A stretch of 64,000 bases of DNA from an uncultured Candidatus Saccharibacteria bacterium (GCA_964648985.1 CAZYMS010000004.1:2793-66792); one strand, 5' to 3'; shown: positions 28,031-42,700, numbered from the stretch's first letter. Notes: a model not told the origin generated them from the letters alone. A program made the numbers and translations.

Positions 28031-28456
28031 TTACGCTTTATGCTTTTTCTTCATGGCCACGTAAGACTTTTGTATGATTTGTTTGAGCACGGTCATGTCT
28101 ACATTGCTCAGCTTGTTTATGTAGAGGCATGAACCGCCGCTCATTTTATGTTTACCAAGTTTCTTCAGAAGACTTGTGTAGTCAGCAAGTCCAAGCATTA
28201 TATATAGAGTAAGGTTTTGCTTACGAGGGGAGAAGCCAGTAAGCGGCCAGACACCTTGTTGGCTGCTGCGTTCGGACTTGTAGTGGTACTTGCCAAATCC
28301 AATAATGCTTGACCCCCACATCTTTGGTTTCTCACCCGTAATGTCTTTGAATAATTTAAGCAGCGCAAGACTATCTTTTCGTTTAGTCTCATCGGGTACT
28401 TGTTTTATAAACTCTAGTACACTCGCACTGGTTTCTTTTGTCTTTATTTCCGTCAT
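28031..28456 (-). CDS. DUF1801 family protein
   Basis: PKMWGSSIIGFGKYHYKS...GFSPRKQNLTLY...LGKHK...SCLYINKL. Confidence 0.88.
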   Translation of the reverse strand: MTEIKTKETSASVLEFIKQVPDETKRKDSLALLKLFKDITGEKPKMWGSSIIGFGKYHYKSERSSQQGVWPLTGFSPRKQNLTLYIMLGLADYTSLLKKLGKHKMSGGSCLYINKLSNVDMTVLKQIIQKSYVAMKKKHKA

Positions 28457-28568
28457 GTGTATATTATACACATGCTTTACAGACTGTCCATATATTTGTA
28501 CAATGCGGTATTCGATAACTCTAGCTCGTGACTAGGTTCTCTGTCTATTAATAATAGTGACATTATAT

Positions 28569-29468
28569 ATGGCGATAATATTGGCAATAGTTATAGCGGC
28601 CTTGTTATTACTCGTAATGAGTTTGTTTACTGTTAAGCAACAAACTGCTGCGGTAATGCAACGTTTTGGTAAGTTTGTGCGAGTAGCAAATCCGGGACTC
28701 AATGTTCGTATTCCGTTTATTGAGCATGTTGCTGGCCGCGTTAATTTGCGCGTACAGCAAATAGATGTTGGGGTAGAAACTAAAACACAAGATAATGTGT
28801 TTGTGCATATAACAGTAGCGGTGCAGTATTTCATAGAGCCAAATCGGGTGTACGAAGCATTTTATCGACTCGACAATCCACAAAAGCAAATTACTTCTTT
28901 TGTGTTCGATGTGGTTCGGGCGAGAGTGCCTGGTATAATTTTGGATGGTGTGTTTGAAAAGAAAGATGAAATTGCTAATGCAGTAAAGCAAGAGCTAGAG
29001 GCGGTAATGGCCAATTTCGGATATGGCATTATTAAGGCTTTAGTTACCGACATTGAGCCGGACATGAAGGTTAAGGAAGCCATGAACGAGATAAACGCAG
29101 CGCAACGATTGCGTGTTGCTGCCACTGAGCGCGGTGAGGCAGAGAAAATCTTGAAAGTAAAATCCGCAGAGGCTGAAGCCCAAAGCAAGGCGCTCCAAGG
29201 TCGAGGTATCGCTGACCAGCGTAGCGCTATAGTGGAAGGTCTGCGGGATAGTGTTGGCGAGTTTCAGCGCAGTGTTCCCGGAACTACTGCTCAAGATGTA
29301 ATGCAGCTGGTACTTATGACTCAGTACTTCGATACTCTAAAAGAGTTGGGCGTGAATTCAAACACTATACTCATTCCACATTCTCCTGGTGCTCTGGAAG
29401 ACTTAACAAGCCAAATACGAAATGCCATGATTGTGGGAAATGAAGTTTCCAAGAAGTCTGGACAGTAA
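28569..29468 (+). CDS. SPFH/band 7 family protein
   Basis: RFGKF...PGL...ETKTQDNVFV...AMNEINAAQR...TQYFDTL. Confidence 0.92.
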   Translation: MAIILAIVIAALLLLVMSLFTVKQQTAAVMQRFGKFVRVANPGLNVRIPFIEHVAGRVNLRVQQIDVGVETKTQDNVFVHITVAVQYFIEPNRVYEAFYRLDNPQKQITSFVFDVVRARVPGIILDGVFEKKDEIANAVKQELEAVMANFGYGIIKALVTDIEPDMKVKEAMNEINAAQRLRVAATERGEAEKILKVKSAEAEAQSKALQGRGIADQRSAIVEGLRDSVGEFQRSVPGTTAQDVMQLVLMTQYFDTLKELGVNSNTILIPHSPGALEDLTSQIRNAMIVGNEVSKKSGQ

Positions 29469-29559
29469 ACGTAATAAGAAATTGTTATAGAAATAAACAT
29501 GACAAATAAAGTTTTTTCTTAAGAGGAAACCCCGGACAAGCGGCCAGACAAGAAGCGTA

Positions 29560-30000
29560 AAAGTATTTCTGAGCGTAGCTGCTGTCCAAGAATGAATCGT
29601 GCCCAGACACGCCTCCTCGTCTTGGGGAATGTGTGACTCAAAAACTATGTCAAAACAGAACTTCGCAAAAGCCTTACCGAAACTTCTACCTGGTTGAAAC
29701 TAACACCGACCAAAAACCATGTGTACATTCAGATTGGAATACCACCGAATATCGCCTTAGTGATGCCGTCTCGAGGTTGAAGATCAATGCCAGTATCCAT
29801 ATCCGTAAGAAGCTCAAGTTAATTAGAGAGTTATACTTAGAAAAAGATGGCATGTGGAGTGTTGGAAACTGTATCACCTCGGTCGGTCTTGATGAAGGTA
29901 TAGTCAAAAAGCACATCGAATGGCAAGGCAAAAAAAGAGAAGCCCCGAACAATTTAGTTGTTCTAGGGCTTTTTCTATTTCGCCATGGCAGTTTTCATGC
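29560..30000 (+). mobile_element. tnpA: IS200/IS605 tnpA pseudogene
   Basis: Frameshifted NHVYIQIGIPPNIA (HUH region) then LSDAVSRLK...WSVG...SVGLDEGIVKKHIEWQ. Confidence 0.75.
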
Positions 30001-30709
30001 CGAGTTGGAAACCTGGGAAGGAAGTCGCTGTTGCGGAGGCTATGGTTGCTGGAAGGTGTCGGGTATAAAAGTTGGTTTCTTGCTTGCGCGGTTGGCTTTA
30101 TGGGCAGGGAAGTCGCGAGGGGTGTGTATAACTATGAATTAAAATAAGTACCAACAGAGCTCTTTTTATGTGGACAAGTCAGTACTAAGATTTTACTTAT
30201 ATTGCCTCAATAAGTGCCCAAGCGTGTCATGGGTGGCATGGTTAGAACCATCCAGGGTGGCTGCTCATGAACACTCTTTGGAATATGGCTGCAGGAATTC
30301 AATCCGTATAAAAGTAAGTGTTTCATGGGCTACCATAGGAAAGTATACTTTATATTCTGTACCTTCGGGTGGAATAAAAAAGTATCTCGGTTAGAAATCA
30401 GAATTATGAAATATGTAAAACACATTGCAGAAGGTGTTTAACGAACATGGAAAAAGTTTTTTTGGTGTTCCATGGGGGGGTCGAACAATTTAAAAAGTAA
30501 AATTATAACCTTTTTTGACTTGGGCGCTGCATGAATAATTCCTCATACAACAGGCCCCCTTGTACATAGAAAATAAGTAGGAATTTTCCAGACAGAAAAG
30601 CGAGAATTTCTTATACTTAATATAAGGAATGCAGCTCAAAAAGTAGTGCAAAAAGTCCTCGTTTGAAAGAAAAATCAGAATACAATTTATCAGTTATCAG
30701 ATACAAAAA

Positions 30710-33700
30710 ATGCCCCACATGCCGTCCGTAGTCAAACTTTTTTTCCTTGCCAGCTGCTTTGTGCTAGCTGGGTTTTTATTTCTAGCAAGTCCAATAAAAG
30801 CTGCTGTAGCTGAGGAGGTCGTTGCATCGTCGGAGACATCGCTTGCAGCACTAGTTCCCACCCAAGAAGTAGCTACAACTTCAGCTGAGGGAGTAGCAAG
30901 TGAGCCAGCTCCTACGGTAGTTGCAGAAGTCACTGTAAGTGAAGAAATAATCGATGCACCTGAAGCAGAAGCTGCCCCAGGTACTGAAGGCGCCGATGTT
31001 CCTGAGGCCACAACTCCAGCACCTGAAGCCAGCACTTCTACCTCCGAGGATGCCAGTGCCCAGGTGCTGATTGTTTCAGAAGCTACGGAGCAAGAAGGTG
31101 CATTAGATACTGCCCCGGATGTTGCTGAAGTTCCAGAAGAGTCGAGTGAAGAAGTGGTGCCCGAAATTATAGCAGCAGGGCCAGAGCAAGTTGCACAAAC
31201 TGAGGAAGCAGCATCAGTTGCAGAGAGCGGTGCGGCCCCAAGTGCAAAGTCCGCTCCAGAGGAAATAATTTCTGAAACTCCTGTTGCGGAAACCCCTGCT
31301 CAAGGCACAGAGATGACACCAGAGGTAGAAGTTCCAGCAGTGGAAGTTGCGGAGACAGCAAGTGAAATTTCTGTGGGAGAAGAATTGCCTGTAGCTGAAG
31401 TTACAGAAATTGCACAATCAACCGCGATTGAGGAAGCGCTAGAAACTGAGAGTGTGGCTCCAACAGTAGAAGAAAATATTTCTGAGACAGTAGAAGCAGA
31501 AACGGAAGTCGCATCTACTGTAGATGCGACACCAACAGTGGTAGAAGAATTTACCAGCAATGGAAAAACAGTGGTGGTATCTTCTACGGAAGAGCAAGAG
31601 CTGGTGCATCCTATGGTCAACGTTCCAGTAGGTACCGACATACCAGAAATATTTCGAGTGGGTCAGGAAGATCAGATAAAAATAAAATGGCAAAACAATG
31701 ATGGTCAGGAAATGCAGTTCACTGCGCTCGACACAAATGACAACGGATATATTGACCGTGTCGAGTGGATAGTGCCGCATCTTTCAACTCAAACGTTTGA
31801 AATTATTTATATTTCCAATGCGTTACTTTTGGACGAACATAAAAATACCGTTGGTGATATATACGGGCTTGTGGCGACGCAGGACCAAAACTATGCGAGC
31901 GTAACCAACGGGCAATTCGTGCGCGTAACATTTGAGCATATCTTAAATGAAAGTAGAGATATTACCCTCTATGCCAAGCCGGCGAATCCAGCAGAGCCAG
32001 CAACTATAGAAGCGTATACCGTAGACGGCCAGCGCATAGCTACGTTTGCAACCATAGACCATGACGGAAAATACAGAATAATTCTTCTGGGACTTTCCAA
32101 TCCTTCCGCAGTGTTCGATTTGAAAGTTACGGGCGCTGTTGATATTGACTTTATTATTGACCCACCGGCAAATGCGTATTGGGTTGGCGGCGCGGGTAAT
32201 TGGTCTGATGCTGCTAATCACTGGGCAACAACATCTGGTGGAGCCCCGGGCGCAGGTAATGCCCCTGATGCAACTAGTAATGTAATTTTTGATGCTTCTT
32301 CTGGGTCTGCTTCTGATATTGTGAATATTGATACCACTATAACTATTGGTTCGTTAGCTATAAATGGTTTTACTGGTACAATTTCTCAAAATGCAGATGT
32401 GAGCATAACTAATTCTGGCGGACAGTCAGGAAGTTATTCACAAACTTCAGCCGCTACTTGGACAGCGCCAGATCCTGGTACAGACACTTTTTCTGCTACT
32501 GGAAGTTTTTCGGTGACAGCTGGAACATTTAGGCGTTACACCGGAACAGGTATCAGCACCGATCCATTCGTAATTTATGACGTTTACGGCTTACAGGCAA
32601 TGAAAACCAATCTCGCAAATTCATATCGGTTAAATGGTAACATTGATGCATCTGTAACTACCGGTTGGAATTCTGGGGAAGGATTTGTACCAGTTGGAAC
32701 AAATATCACAAACTTTACTGGAAATTTTGATGGCGCAGGATTTGTTATAAGCGATTTATTTATTAACTCAACAACTTTAAGTTATGTTGGGTTATTTGGT
32801 TATACTCTTGGTAGTATTCAAGATTTGACATTGACTAATGCAGATATTACTGGTGTCGGGATTGCTGGGAGTAATGGATCCGATGGTGCAGCCGGAAGTT
32901 CCGGTACTACCCCAACTGTTGGTGGTACTGGTACTATTGGCACCGCCGGCAGTATTTTATATATTGGAGGTTTGGCGGGTTATAACGCTGGAACGATTAC
33001 TAATATTAGCATTTCTGGAACTGTAACTGGAACTGGCGGAGCAGGTGGTAATTCGGGTAATGGTGGTGCAGGCGGAAACACTACGAGCGGAGCAACTGTA
33101 TCTGGAGCAGGTGGTACTTCGTTAGCTGGCGGAGCGGGTGCAGTAGTATATAGCGGAGGTTTAATTGGCTACTCTGCTCAAGGTAGCATAAATGATTCTA
33201 GTTCTTCGGCAATCGTAACTGGAACTGGCGGAGCAGGTGGTAATTCGGGTAATGGTGGTGCAGGCGGAACTAATTCTGGTTCTGGTATTGGTGGCGCAGG
33301 TGGTGGAGTAGGTGCACCGGGTGTTGGTGGTATAAGTTATACAGGTGGTCTAATTGGTTGGGTCAACTCCGGTATTGTTGTAACATCTTTTGCAACCGGC
33401 AATGTTATTGCTGCTGGTGGAACGGGTGGTTCTGCCGGTGCGGCAGGCGTGGGTGGTGCTGGTGGTACAGCAGCTATTGGCGGCGCTGGCGGCGCTGGCG
33501 GTACGGGTGCAACTGGCGGCGCTAGTTTTGCTGGAGGTTTGGTTGGAAATAATTTAGGTAACATTCGTTTTGCTTCATATGCGACAGGGGATATAACTGC
33601 TACTGGAGGTACACCTGGGAATGGTTCTGCCGGAGGGACTGCAGGGGCAAGTGCAGTTGCAACTACTGGAACAGCTGCAACAGGGGGCGCCGGTGGCGTT

Positions 33701-36700
33701 GGTGGCGCCGGTGGTATTGCGTACGCTGGTGGTTTGGTTGGGCAAAATAATTCTGATGGTGTAGTTAGCGGTGTCACTGCTCCTAACTATGCGACAGGTG
33801 ACGTAACTGCAACTGGTTCAAACGGGCAAAATGGACAAGTTGGTGGAACTGGTGGGAGTGCAGCAGCCGGTACAGCGCATACAGGAGGTACTGGCGGCGC
33901 TGGTGGAACTGGCGGTGCTGGTGGTGGTGCGTACGCTGGTGGTTTGGTTGGGCTAAATACAGGAGTAATTTTAATTTCAAATTCTAATACTGGAACTGTG
34001 ACTGTTGTAGGTGGTACTGGCGGCGCTGGAGGTACTGGCGGCACAGGCGGTGCGAAAGGATCAAGTGGTTCTAATGGTGCAAATGGAGCATCTGGAACCG
34101 GTGGTTCCGCAAATGTAACTTCTTCTTATGTTGGTGGGTTAGTTGGGAGTAATGTTGGAGCAGTCCAAGATTCTTATTCCACAAACCCGGTTATAGGAAC
34201 CGGTGGTGCGGGTGGTAGTGGTGCAACTGGAGTAAATGGGTTAACGGGAATAGTCGGAGCTACCGGGGGAACTGGGGGTGCGGCTGGTGTTCTATATATT
34301 GGTGGTGTTGCCGGAAACAATACCTTGACTATTACCGGCAGCTATCACACAACTGGAGCAGTCACAGGTACTGCTGGCAGTGGTGGTTCGGCTGGCGCAG
34401 GTGGTGCCGGCGGCACTGGTGCGTTAGCAGGTGCAGGCGGGGTTGCTACAGTGGGGGCAATTATTTATGCGGGCGGCGTTATTGGAAACAACACAGGTAA
34501 TTCTCTTTTAAATGATTACTCAACATCTAACGTCACTGGAACTGGTGGAGCAGGAGGCAACGGAGCAAGCGGCGGAGTAGGCGCTACTAGTTTAGCTGGT
34601 ATAACAGGTACTGTTGGCGCAGTCGGCGGCATTGCGTATGTTGGTGGTGTAGTTGGTTATAGTTCTAATGGTGAAATTTTAGAATCTTATTCAACCGGTG
34701 ATGTAGTTGCTATCGGCGGCGCAGGGGGCACTGGCGGCAATGGTGGTGCCGGCGGAACTGGAGCAGCTTCTACTACTGGGGGTGCTGGTGCAAATGGAGC
34801 TATTGGCGGGGCAGGGGGCGCAGCATTCGGCGGCGGTGTTTTAGGTAACTATATACTAGGTCCAATTGGCGAAGTGCATAATACTGGTAACGTTACGGTT
34901 ACTGGGGGCACTGGTGGTAACGGTGGAGCTGGCGGCACTGGTGGTAACGGTGGCACCAATGCTGTTGGGGGCACTGGTGGTAACGGTGGAGCTGGCGGCG
35001 CAGGTGGTGTGGCAAATAGTGGTGGTATTGCCGGGCAGAGCACAGGTGTTATTAACGGTGTTTCATATTCTACTGGAAATATTACTGCGATAGCCGGAAC
35101 TCCTGGGAATGGTGGAGTAGGTGGTGCTGGCGGCTCAACTACTGCAACTTTTAATGCTACAGCTGCTGCGGCAGGTGGAACTGGTGGTGCCGGTGGCGCT
35201 GGAGCAATTGCCTATGCTGGGGGCTTGGTTGGAAACAATGCTAATACAATTATTAACTCATATGCTAGCGGTATAATTACAGCAACTGCTAGTGCAGGTA
35301 AAGATGGTGCGGCTGCTGGCAGTGCAGGTAATGGATCGGCTGGAGGATCAAGTCATGCTGGAGCAGTAGGTGCAACGGGCGGCGCTGGCGGCGCTGGAGC
35401 CGCTGCTTATGCAGGTGGCTTGGCTGGGTTAAATACTTCTACAATTACAAATTCATATATACAAACTGGTTCGGTAACGGCAACAGGTAGTATAGGGGGG
35501 AATGGAGCAGCTGGCGCTTCTGGTGGTGTTGGCGGTACGAGCGCAATAGGCGGTGTTGGTGGTGTTGGCGGCGTCGGTGGTGCTGGCGGTGTTGGTCATG
35601 CAGGTGGAGTTGCTGGCCATAACAACACTGGTGGTGTTGTTCAAGATGGGACTTATTCAAATGTTAACATCACTTCTCTTGGCGGTACTTCAGGCAATGG
35701 CGGCGCCGGTGGTGCTGGTGGGGTTCGTGCTGTTGGCGGCGCCGGTGGTGCGGTAGTAGCAGGTGCTATTGCCTATGCTGGCGGATTAGTTGGTTTGAAT
35801 ACAGCAACAATTGCAGATTCACACGCAACTGGAAATGTGACAGCTACCGCTGGCTCCGGTGGTTCTCCAGGTTCTGGTGGTAATGGTGGTAGTGGAACAA
35901 CTGGTGCGGCTGGTGGAGCTAGTGGTGCTACTGACGTAGCAGCTTCTGTTTTGCTTCGTATTGGCGGTGCCGCATATGCTGGCGGTTTACTGGGTTACAA
36001 TACAACAAATGGAATAATTCAAGGTACTTCTTATTCCACAGGTGATGCTACATCAACTGGTGGTGCGGGTGGTGCAGGAGCTAATGGAGCCAACGGTGGT
36101 AACTCATCTGGAGCAGTAGCTGGTGCCGCGGGCATAGCAGGTATTAGCGGTGGCGCGGGTGGAGTTGGTGCCGCGGGTGGATTGGTTGGTTGGAATATAG
36201 GCGTAGTGAGCCCTGCTTCTTATGCTCAAGGTGACGTAAGTGCAGCCGGCGGTGTTGGTGGATCGTCTGGAAGTGCTGGTACACCTGGTTCTAGCGGTGC
36301 TGGTATGGCTGGTGTTGCAGGAGTTGCTGGTGGCGCTGGTGGTATTGGTGGTGCCGCATATGCTGGCGGTGTAATTGGATACAATGGTGTTTTAGGTTCA
36401 ACAATTAGTACAGCAAATAATGTGGGCACTGTTGCTTCGATAGGCGGCGCGGGAGCTAATGGTGCTGTCGGTGGCGCTGGCGGCGCCGGGGGGAGTTCTA
36501 CTGGTGCAATTGGCGGAGCAGGTGGCGCTGGCGGAGCAGGTGGCGCTGGCGGAGCAGCTTACGGTGCCGGTGTTGCTGGTTTAAATATTGGATTAATTAA
36601 AGACGTAAATTATACAATCACTACTGTTACAGTTGTGGGCGGCGCTGCGGGTAATGGTGCTGTGGGCGGTAATGCTGGACCTTCAGGGAATATTTCTGGA

Positions 36701-39700
36701 AGTACTGGTGCTACTGCAGGTACAGGCGGCGTCGGTGGTATTGGTGGTGCTGTATTTATTGGTGGTTTGGCTGGTGACAACCCTGGAGTGATTCATAACT
36801 CTACAGTTGTTGGAAGTTTATCTGCAAGTAATAAAGCAGGTGGTAACGGTGGAAATGGTGGCATTGGAGGTGACGGTAGTTTAGGTACGGGTAGTCACAA
36901 TGGTGGTGTGGGTGGACTCGGAGGCGCTGGAGGCGCTAGCGGTGCACTATATATGGGTGGTCTTGCTGGGCAGGGAAATGGAAATATTTCTGACTCAAGT
37001 AGTACTGGCGGAACAATGACTGTCGCTCAATCAGTTGGTGGTGGTAACGGTGGTAATGGTGGTAATGGTGGTACTGCTGGTACTGGCGGCAGAAATGGAA
37101 CTGGCGGAGCAGGTGGTGCCGGTGGTGTGACTGGAGCAATGTTTGTTGGCGGTGCAATTGGGCACAACTCTTTGGCTAATGTTACTTTTGATAATATTTT
37201 TTCGACTAATAATATCGTAATTAGTGCGGACGATGGCGGTGATGGCGGTGCTGGTGCTAATGGGGCAAATGGAGCGATTGGGGGAATTGGTGGCGCCGGC
37301 GGCGCCGGCGGAGTAACTCAGACTACTGCGACAAATGCTGGTGGTTTGATCGGTGATGTGACCGGAGCGGGGACATCGATTTTAAATTCTTATGCTACAG
37401 GAAATGTTACCGTAGTTGGTGACTCTGGTGGGACAGGTGCGACCGGTGGTGCTGGTGGTAATGGTGCTGCAGGTATGACAGGCGGCGCTGGTGCTGTTGG
37501 TGGAGCTGGCGGCTCTGGTGGTTACGTGTATGGTGGCGGTTTAATCGGGTTTACTAGTACTAATGCTTATGTTGGAAGTTCACATGCTACCGGAAATGTA
37601 ACAATAACAGCTGGAAGTGGCGGTGCCGCGGGTAATGGTGGCGCAGGCGGCGCTGGTGGCTCAGCATCAGTTGGCGGGGCAGGGGCTATCGGCGGTGCCG
37701 GTGGTGTTGGAGGAATTTCTAATGTCGGTGGATTAGTAGGATATGCTACCTCTGGTATTATTGTTGATTCATATTCGACAGGGGCAGTACAAGGTACATC
37801 TGGTAATGGTGGAAACTCTGGTAATGGTGGCGCAGGAGGTAGCGGTGGTAGTGGAGCAATTGGTGGCGCAGGTGGTGCCGGAACTGTAGGAGCGGCTGGT
37901 GGAGCCAGTTTTACCGGTGGTTTGATAGGAGATCATGCTATTACTATTGAAACTTCTTACCATACTACAGGTGCAGTTACTTCTTATTCTGGTAATGGCG
38001 GAGCAGGTGGTGCTGGTGGTGCCGGCGGCGCATCGGGAAATATTACAAATGGAACCGCTGCAATTGGCGGCGCTGGCGGTGCTGGCGGTGCCGGCGGTGC
38101 ATTGCACGCAGGTGGTTTAGTCGGTAGAAACAATGCTGTTACCGGTATTATAAATAATTCTTATGCAACTTCGAACGTCAATGGCGTAGGGGGTAATGGC
38201 GGAGCAGGTGGTGCCGGTGGCGCTGGTGGAGATGGCTCAAGCGGGACTAATCATATCGGTGGTGCCGGTGGCGCTGGTGGTGCCGGTGGTGCAGCGGCGA
38301 TTGCTGTGGCATCATCTCTACAAATTGGAGGCTTAGTTGGTAGTAATTTGCTTGGTACAATTACTAACTCTTATGCTCAAACAGGAACAGTAACTGCTAC
38401 AGGTGGTGCCGGCGGGGCAAGTAGCCAGGGCGGTGTTGGTGGCACTGGTACTGGCACAGCTTTATATGGTATTGGCGGTGCTGGTGGTATTGGCGGTGCC
38501 GGCGGTGGTATATATGCGGGTGGTTTAGTTGGTTATACAACTGGTGTTATTCAAACTGGTTCATATTCTAAAACCAGTATTGATGTTACTGGTGGTGCTG
38601 GTGCAAATGGCTCTGATGGCCGTAGCGCTGCCGCAAACAGCGGAGTTGCAGGTAGCGCTGGAGGAGCAGGTGGTGCTTCCGGAATAGTTTATGCTGGTGG
38701 ATTAGTAGGGTATGCGACTTCGGATATTATTTCTTCTTATGCCAGTTTCCATGCAGGGTCAGGCAAAGGAAACATTGTTGTGAATGGTGGTGTTGCGGGT
38801 AATGGCGGTTCAGGCGGCGATGGCGGTTCTGGTTTGGTTGGCGGCAGTGTCGGCGGCGCGGGTGGTGTCGGCGGCGCGGGTGGTGCTGAGACTGGGTCGT
38901 TTGTTGGAGGATTATCTGGCTATATTTCAGCTACCGGTGTAATTACTGATTCTTACTCTGAAAACTTAACTATCACCGGAGCAGAACAACCTGGAGGTGC
39001 AGGCGGCGATGGCGGAAGCGGCGGCACAGGAGTTGGTACTTTTGTCGGCGGCATTGGAGCTGTTGGTGGTGCAGGCGGCGCCGGTGGGGTTCGCGCTTTT
39101 GGCGGTTTAGTCGGTGATAACTTAGGGACAATCCAATCTGGGTCGTATTCAAATGTAAATATTACAGTTGTTGGAGGTGCAGGCGGCGATGGCGGAAGCG
39201 GCGGCAACGGCGGTACCTCTGGTAGTTCTGTATCTTCTGGTACAGCTGCAGCCGGCGGTGTTGGTGGTGCAGGCGGAGCCGGAGCAGCTACGTATGGTGG
39301 CGGTTTAGTCGGCCGTATGTCTGGAACTACTCAACTTTTACAAATTTTAAATTCTTATGCGACAGGTTCTGTAACTGTAGTAGGAGGTTTGGGTGGTAAT
39401 GGTGGTAATGGTGGTAATGGCGGTAATGGATCAACAGGAACTTCTACTCACATCGGTTCCGTTGGTGCGCTTGGCGGTGCTGCAGGTGTGGGTGGTGAAG
39501 CAGATGCAGGTGGGTTAGTTGGAATGAGTAACTTCTCTTCTGGCACAAGCAACTTTTTATACACATATGCCACAGGAAATGTTTCTAGTACAGGAGGGAA
39601 CTCTGGAGCTGCGGGAACATCTGGTAATGGTGGTGCATCTCGCACAACTATAGCCGGAGGTGCTGGAGGTGGTGCGGTTGCCGGGGTAGCTGGTGGTGCT

Positions 39701-42700
39701 AGTTATGCTGGTGGTTTAATTGGTAATAATAGAATCACAACAGGGTTAAGTGATGTGATCGGGTCTTATGCTACTGGCAATGTCACCAGTATTGGTGGTG
39801 TGGGAAGTACTGGAAGCTTGGGTGGTAACGGTGCAAATGGGGCAGCAAGTTCTGTTGGTGGTGCTGGCGGTGTTGGTGGTGCTGGCGGCATCGGCGGTGA
39901 AGCAGATGCCGGTGGTTTACTTGGGTATGGAAGCGTTACCAGTGGCGGTAGTAAATATTTTAATTCATACTCTACTGGTAATACTGTAACAGCCACTGGG
40001 GGCACTGGTGGTAACAGCGGTAGTGCCGGTACTGCCGGTAATGGAGGTTCTGGTGCTGCTGGTGGTGCAACTAGTGCAGCTGGGGTAGGTGGAACAGGCG
40101 GCGCAGCCTATGCTGGTGGACTAACTGCTCAACTGGTAGGCTCAGTTTTAATTACAACAAGTTATTCTACTAGAAACGTTTTGGCTACTGGGGGTGCTAG
40201 TGGTAACGGTGCAACTGGAGTTGCTGGAAGTACCGGCGGTTCTGGTGCTATAGGTGGCACTGGTGGGGCTGGTGGTACTGCTGGTGCTGGTGGTGCTAGT
40301 TATGCTGGTGGCTTAGTGGGAAGTAGTGCGGGGATTATTGGTGGTATTTCTTATGCGACTGGAAATGTCACTTCTAATGGAGGAGAAGCTGGGACTTCAG
40401 GTGCAGGCGGTGCAGGCGGCGCAAGTGGAAGTATTTCAGGTTCTACCGCCGCAACTGGTGGCGCAGGAGGTAGCGGTGGCGCAGGTGGTGCTAGTTATGC
40501 TGGTGGCTTAGTCGGAAACAACGGAGCAACTGGTATTATTTCATATTCTTATTCAACAGGTTCGGTGACTTCACTAGGTAGAAATGGCTCCAACGGTAAT
40601 ACTGGCGGCGCTGGTGGAGATGGTTCTAGCGGAACTGGAAACCATGTTGGTGGAACTGGTGGCGCAGGCGGCGCAGGTGGCGCAGGTGGCGCAAGTTATT
40701 CTGGTGGTTTAGTCGGAAACAATGTTAATACTACGAACACAATCACTACCAGTTACACATCAGGAAATGTAACTGGTACAAGCGGTACCGGTGGTAATGC
40801 TGGTATTGGTGGTGCAGGCGGTTTGGCTGGCAATGTTGGCGCTGGTGGTGCGGGCGGTGTCGGTGGCGCAGGTGGCGCAGCTGGGGTTTTGTATACTGGT
40901 GGGTTTGTTGGTTATAACGATGGGACTGTTCAATTATATTCTTATGCGACTGGGAATGTGAGTGGTACTGCTGGTGCCGGTGGTAATGGGTCTACTGGCG
41001 GTGTTGGTGCTGACGGCTTTGACGGTACAACCGCAAACGGTGGTGCTGGCGGCGTTGGTGGTGCAGGCGGCGCAGGCGGCGCTGGTGGTATTACTTATGG
41101 TGGTGGTTTTACAGGGTGGAATAATACGGCCAGAACAATTCGTGATTCATCATCAAGTGGAGACCTTATCCTAACTGGCGGCGCTGGCGGTAATGGAGGA
41201 ACTGGCGGTAATGGAGGAACTGGCGGTGATGGTGCTGCTGCCGGAACCGGAGGAACTGGCGGCGCAGCAGGAGCCCGCAGCGCTGGTATTGTAGGTGGTA
41301 TTACTTATGGTGGTGGATTTGCTGGATATAATTTAGGAACTTTATATGCAGATTATGCAGAAGGAAATGTGACAGTAAATGGTGGTGCTGGTGGTGCTGG
41401 TGGTAACGGCGGTACAGCAGGTGCTGGTGGTAACGGCGGCGCAACTGGAGCTGGGGGAGTTGGCGGTGCTCAAGGTGCTACTGCAGCAGGTGGTGCTGGT
41501 GGTGCATTGTATGCTGGTGGTTTTGCTGGCTACAATTTCACTGCTGGATTAATTCAGTATTCTTGGGCGTCAGGTGACATTACAACTGTAGGCGGTAATG
41601 GTGGTGCATCTGGAACAGCGGGAACTTCGGGTACTGGCGGCGCCGGTGGTACTCTTGCTGGCGGAGCCGGTGGCGCAGCGGTAGCCGGTGGCGCCGGTGG
41701 CGCAGGCGGCGCTAGTTTTGCCGGTGGATTCATCGGTGCAGATTTAACTACAGGAAGTTTTAATACAAGTTATGCTTCTGGTTCTGTAACTATGACGGGT
41801 GGTAATGGAGCTATGGGAGGAGTGGGGGGTGTTGGCGGACATGGAGGTACTGGTGGTTCTGGTGGGTCTGGTAATGGCGGTGCCGGAATAATTGGTGGTA
41901 CTGGAGGAGTTGGAGGAGTTGGAGGTGCTGTTACCGGCGGAGGTTTAGTTGGTCAGAACACTGGAACTATTTCTAATGCTTATGCTTTAGGTAGTGTGAC
42001 TGGGACTGCTGGCACTCCAGGTAATGGTGGCGCAGGCGGTAATGGCGGTAATGGCGGCACGGCTGGTGGTGGAACTGCTGGTTCTAATGGTAATGGCGGT
42101 GCCGGTGGCGCAGGCGGCGCTGGAGCCAATGCGCACATGGGAGGACTACTAGGTAGTCAAGCTACTTCTGTCATTACAAATGTTTATTCTTCTGGTGTGC
42201 CAACAGGAACTAAGACCACTGGTGCCACTGGTGGCGCTGGCGGTATTGCGGGAGTTGGTGGAACTGGCGGTAGTGGCGGTGCTTCTGGAGCAATAGGATC
42301 TTCTGCGTCTACCCAGTATGTTGGAGGTATCACCGGCTTACCAACAAGTGGAACATATGTCTCGACATATTGGGACACAACAACCTCCGGTTACGCAGCA
42401 GGGGATGGTGTTGGTAATGGTGCGGACCCGTCTGGTATGACCGGTAAGACAACCGCCGAAATGAAACAGGAAACTACTTTTGTAGGCTGGGACTTTACTT
42501 CTTTGATTTGGGATATAGATGAAAATAACACTTATCCATATTTTAGTTATCAAACAGTACCCGATTCACCAACTAATATTGTTGCTGTAGGTGGTAATGG
42601 TCAGGCCACGATTACATTTACCCCGCCTGTAGATAATGGCAGTTCTACCATCGTCAGTTACACTGTAACTTCTAATACTGGTGGCCACACAGCAATAGGT

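Noticed and set aside
29633-30142. 169-aa ORF as an intact gene
   Set aside because: Chimera of frameshifted tnpA remnant and read-through sequence
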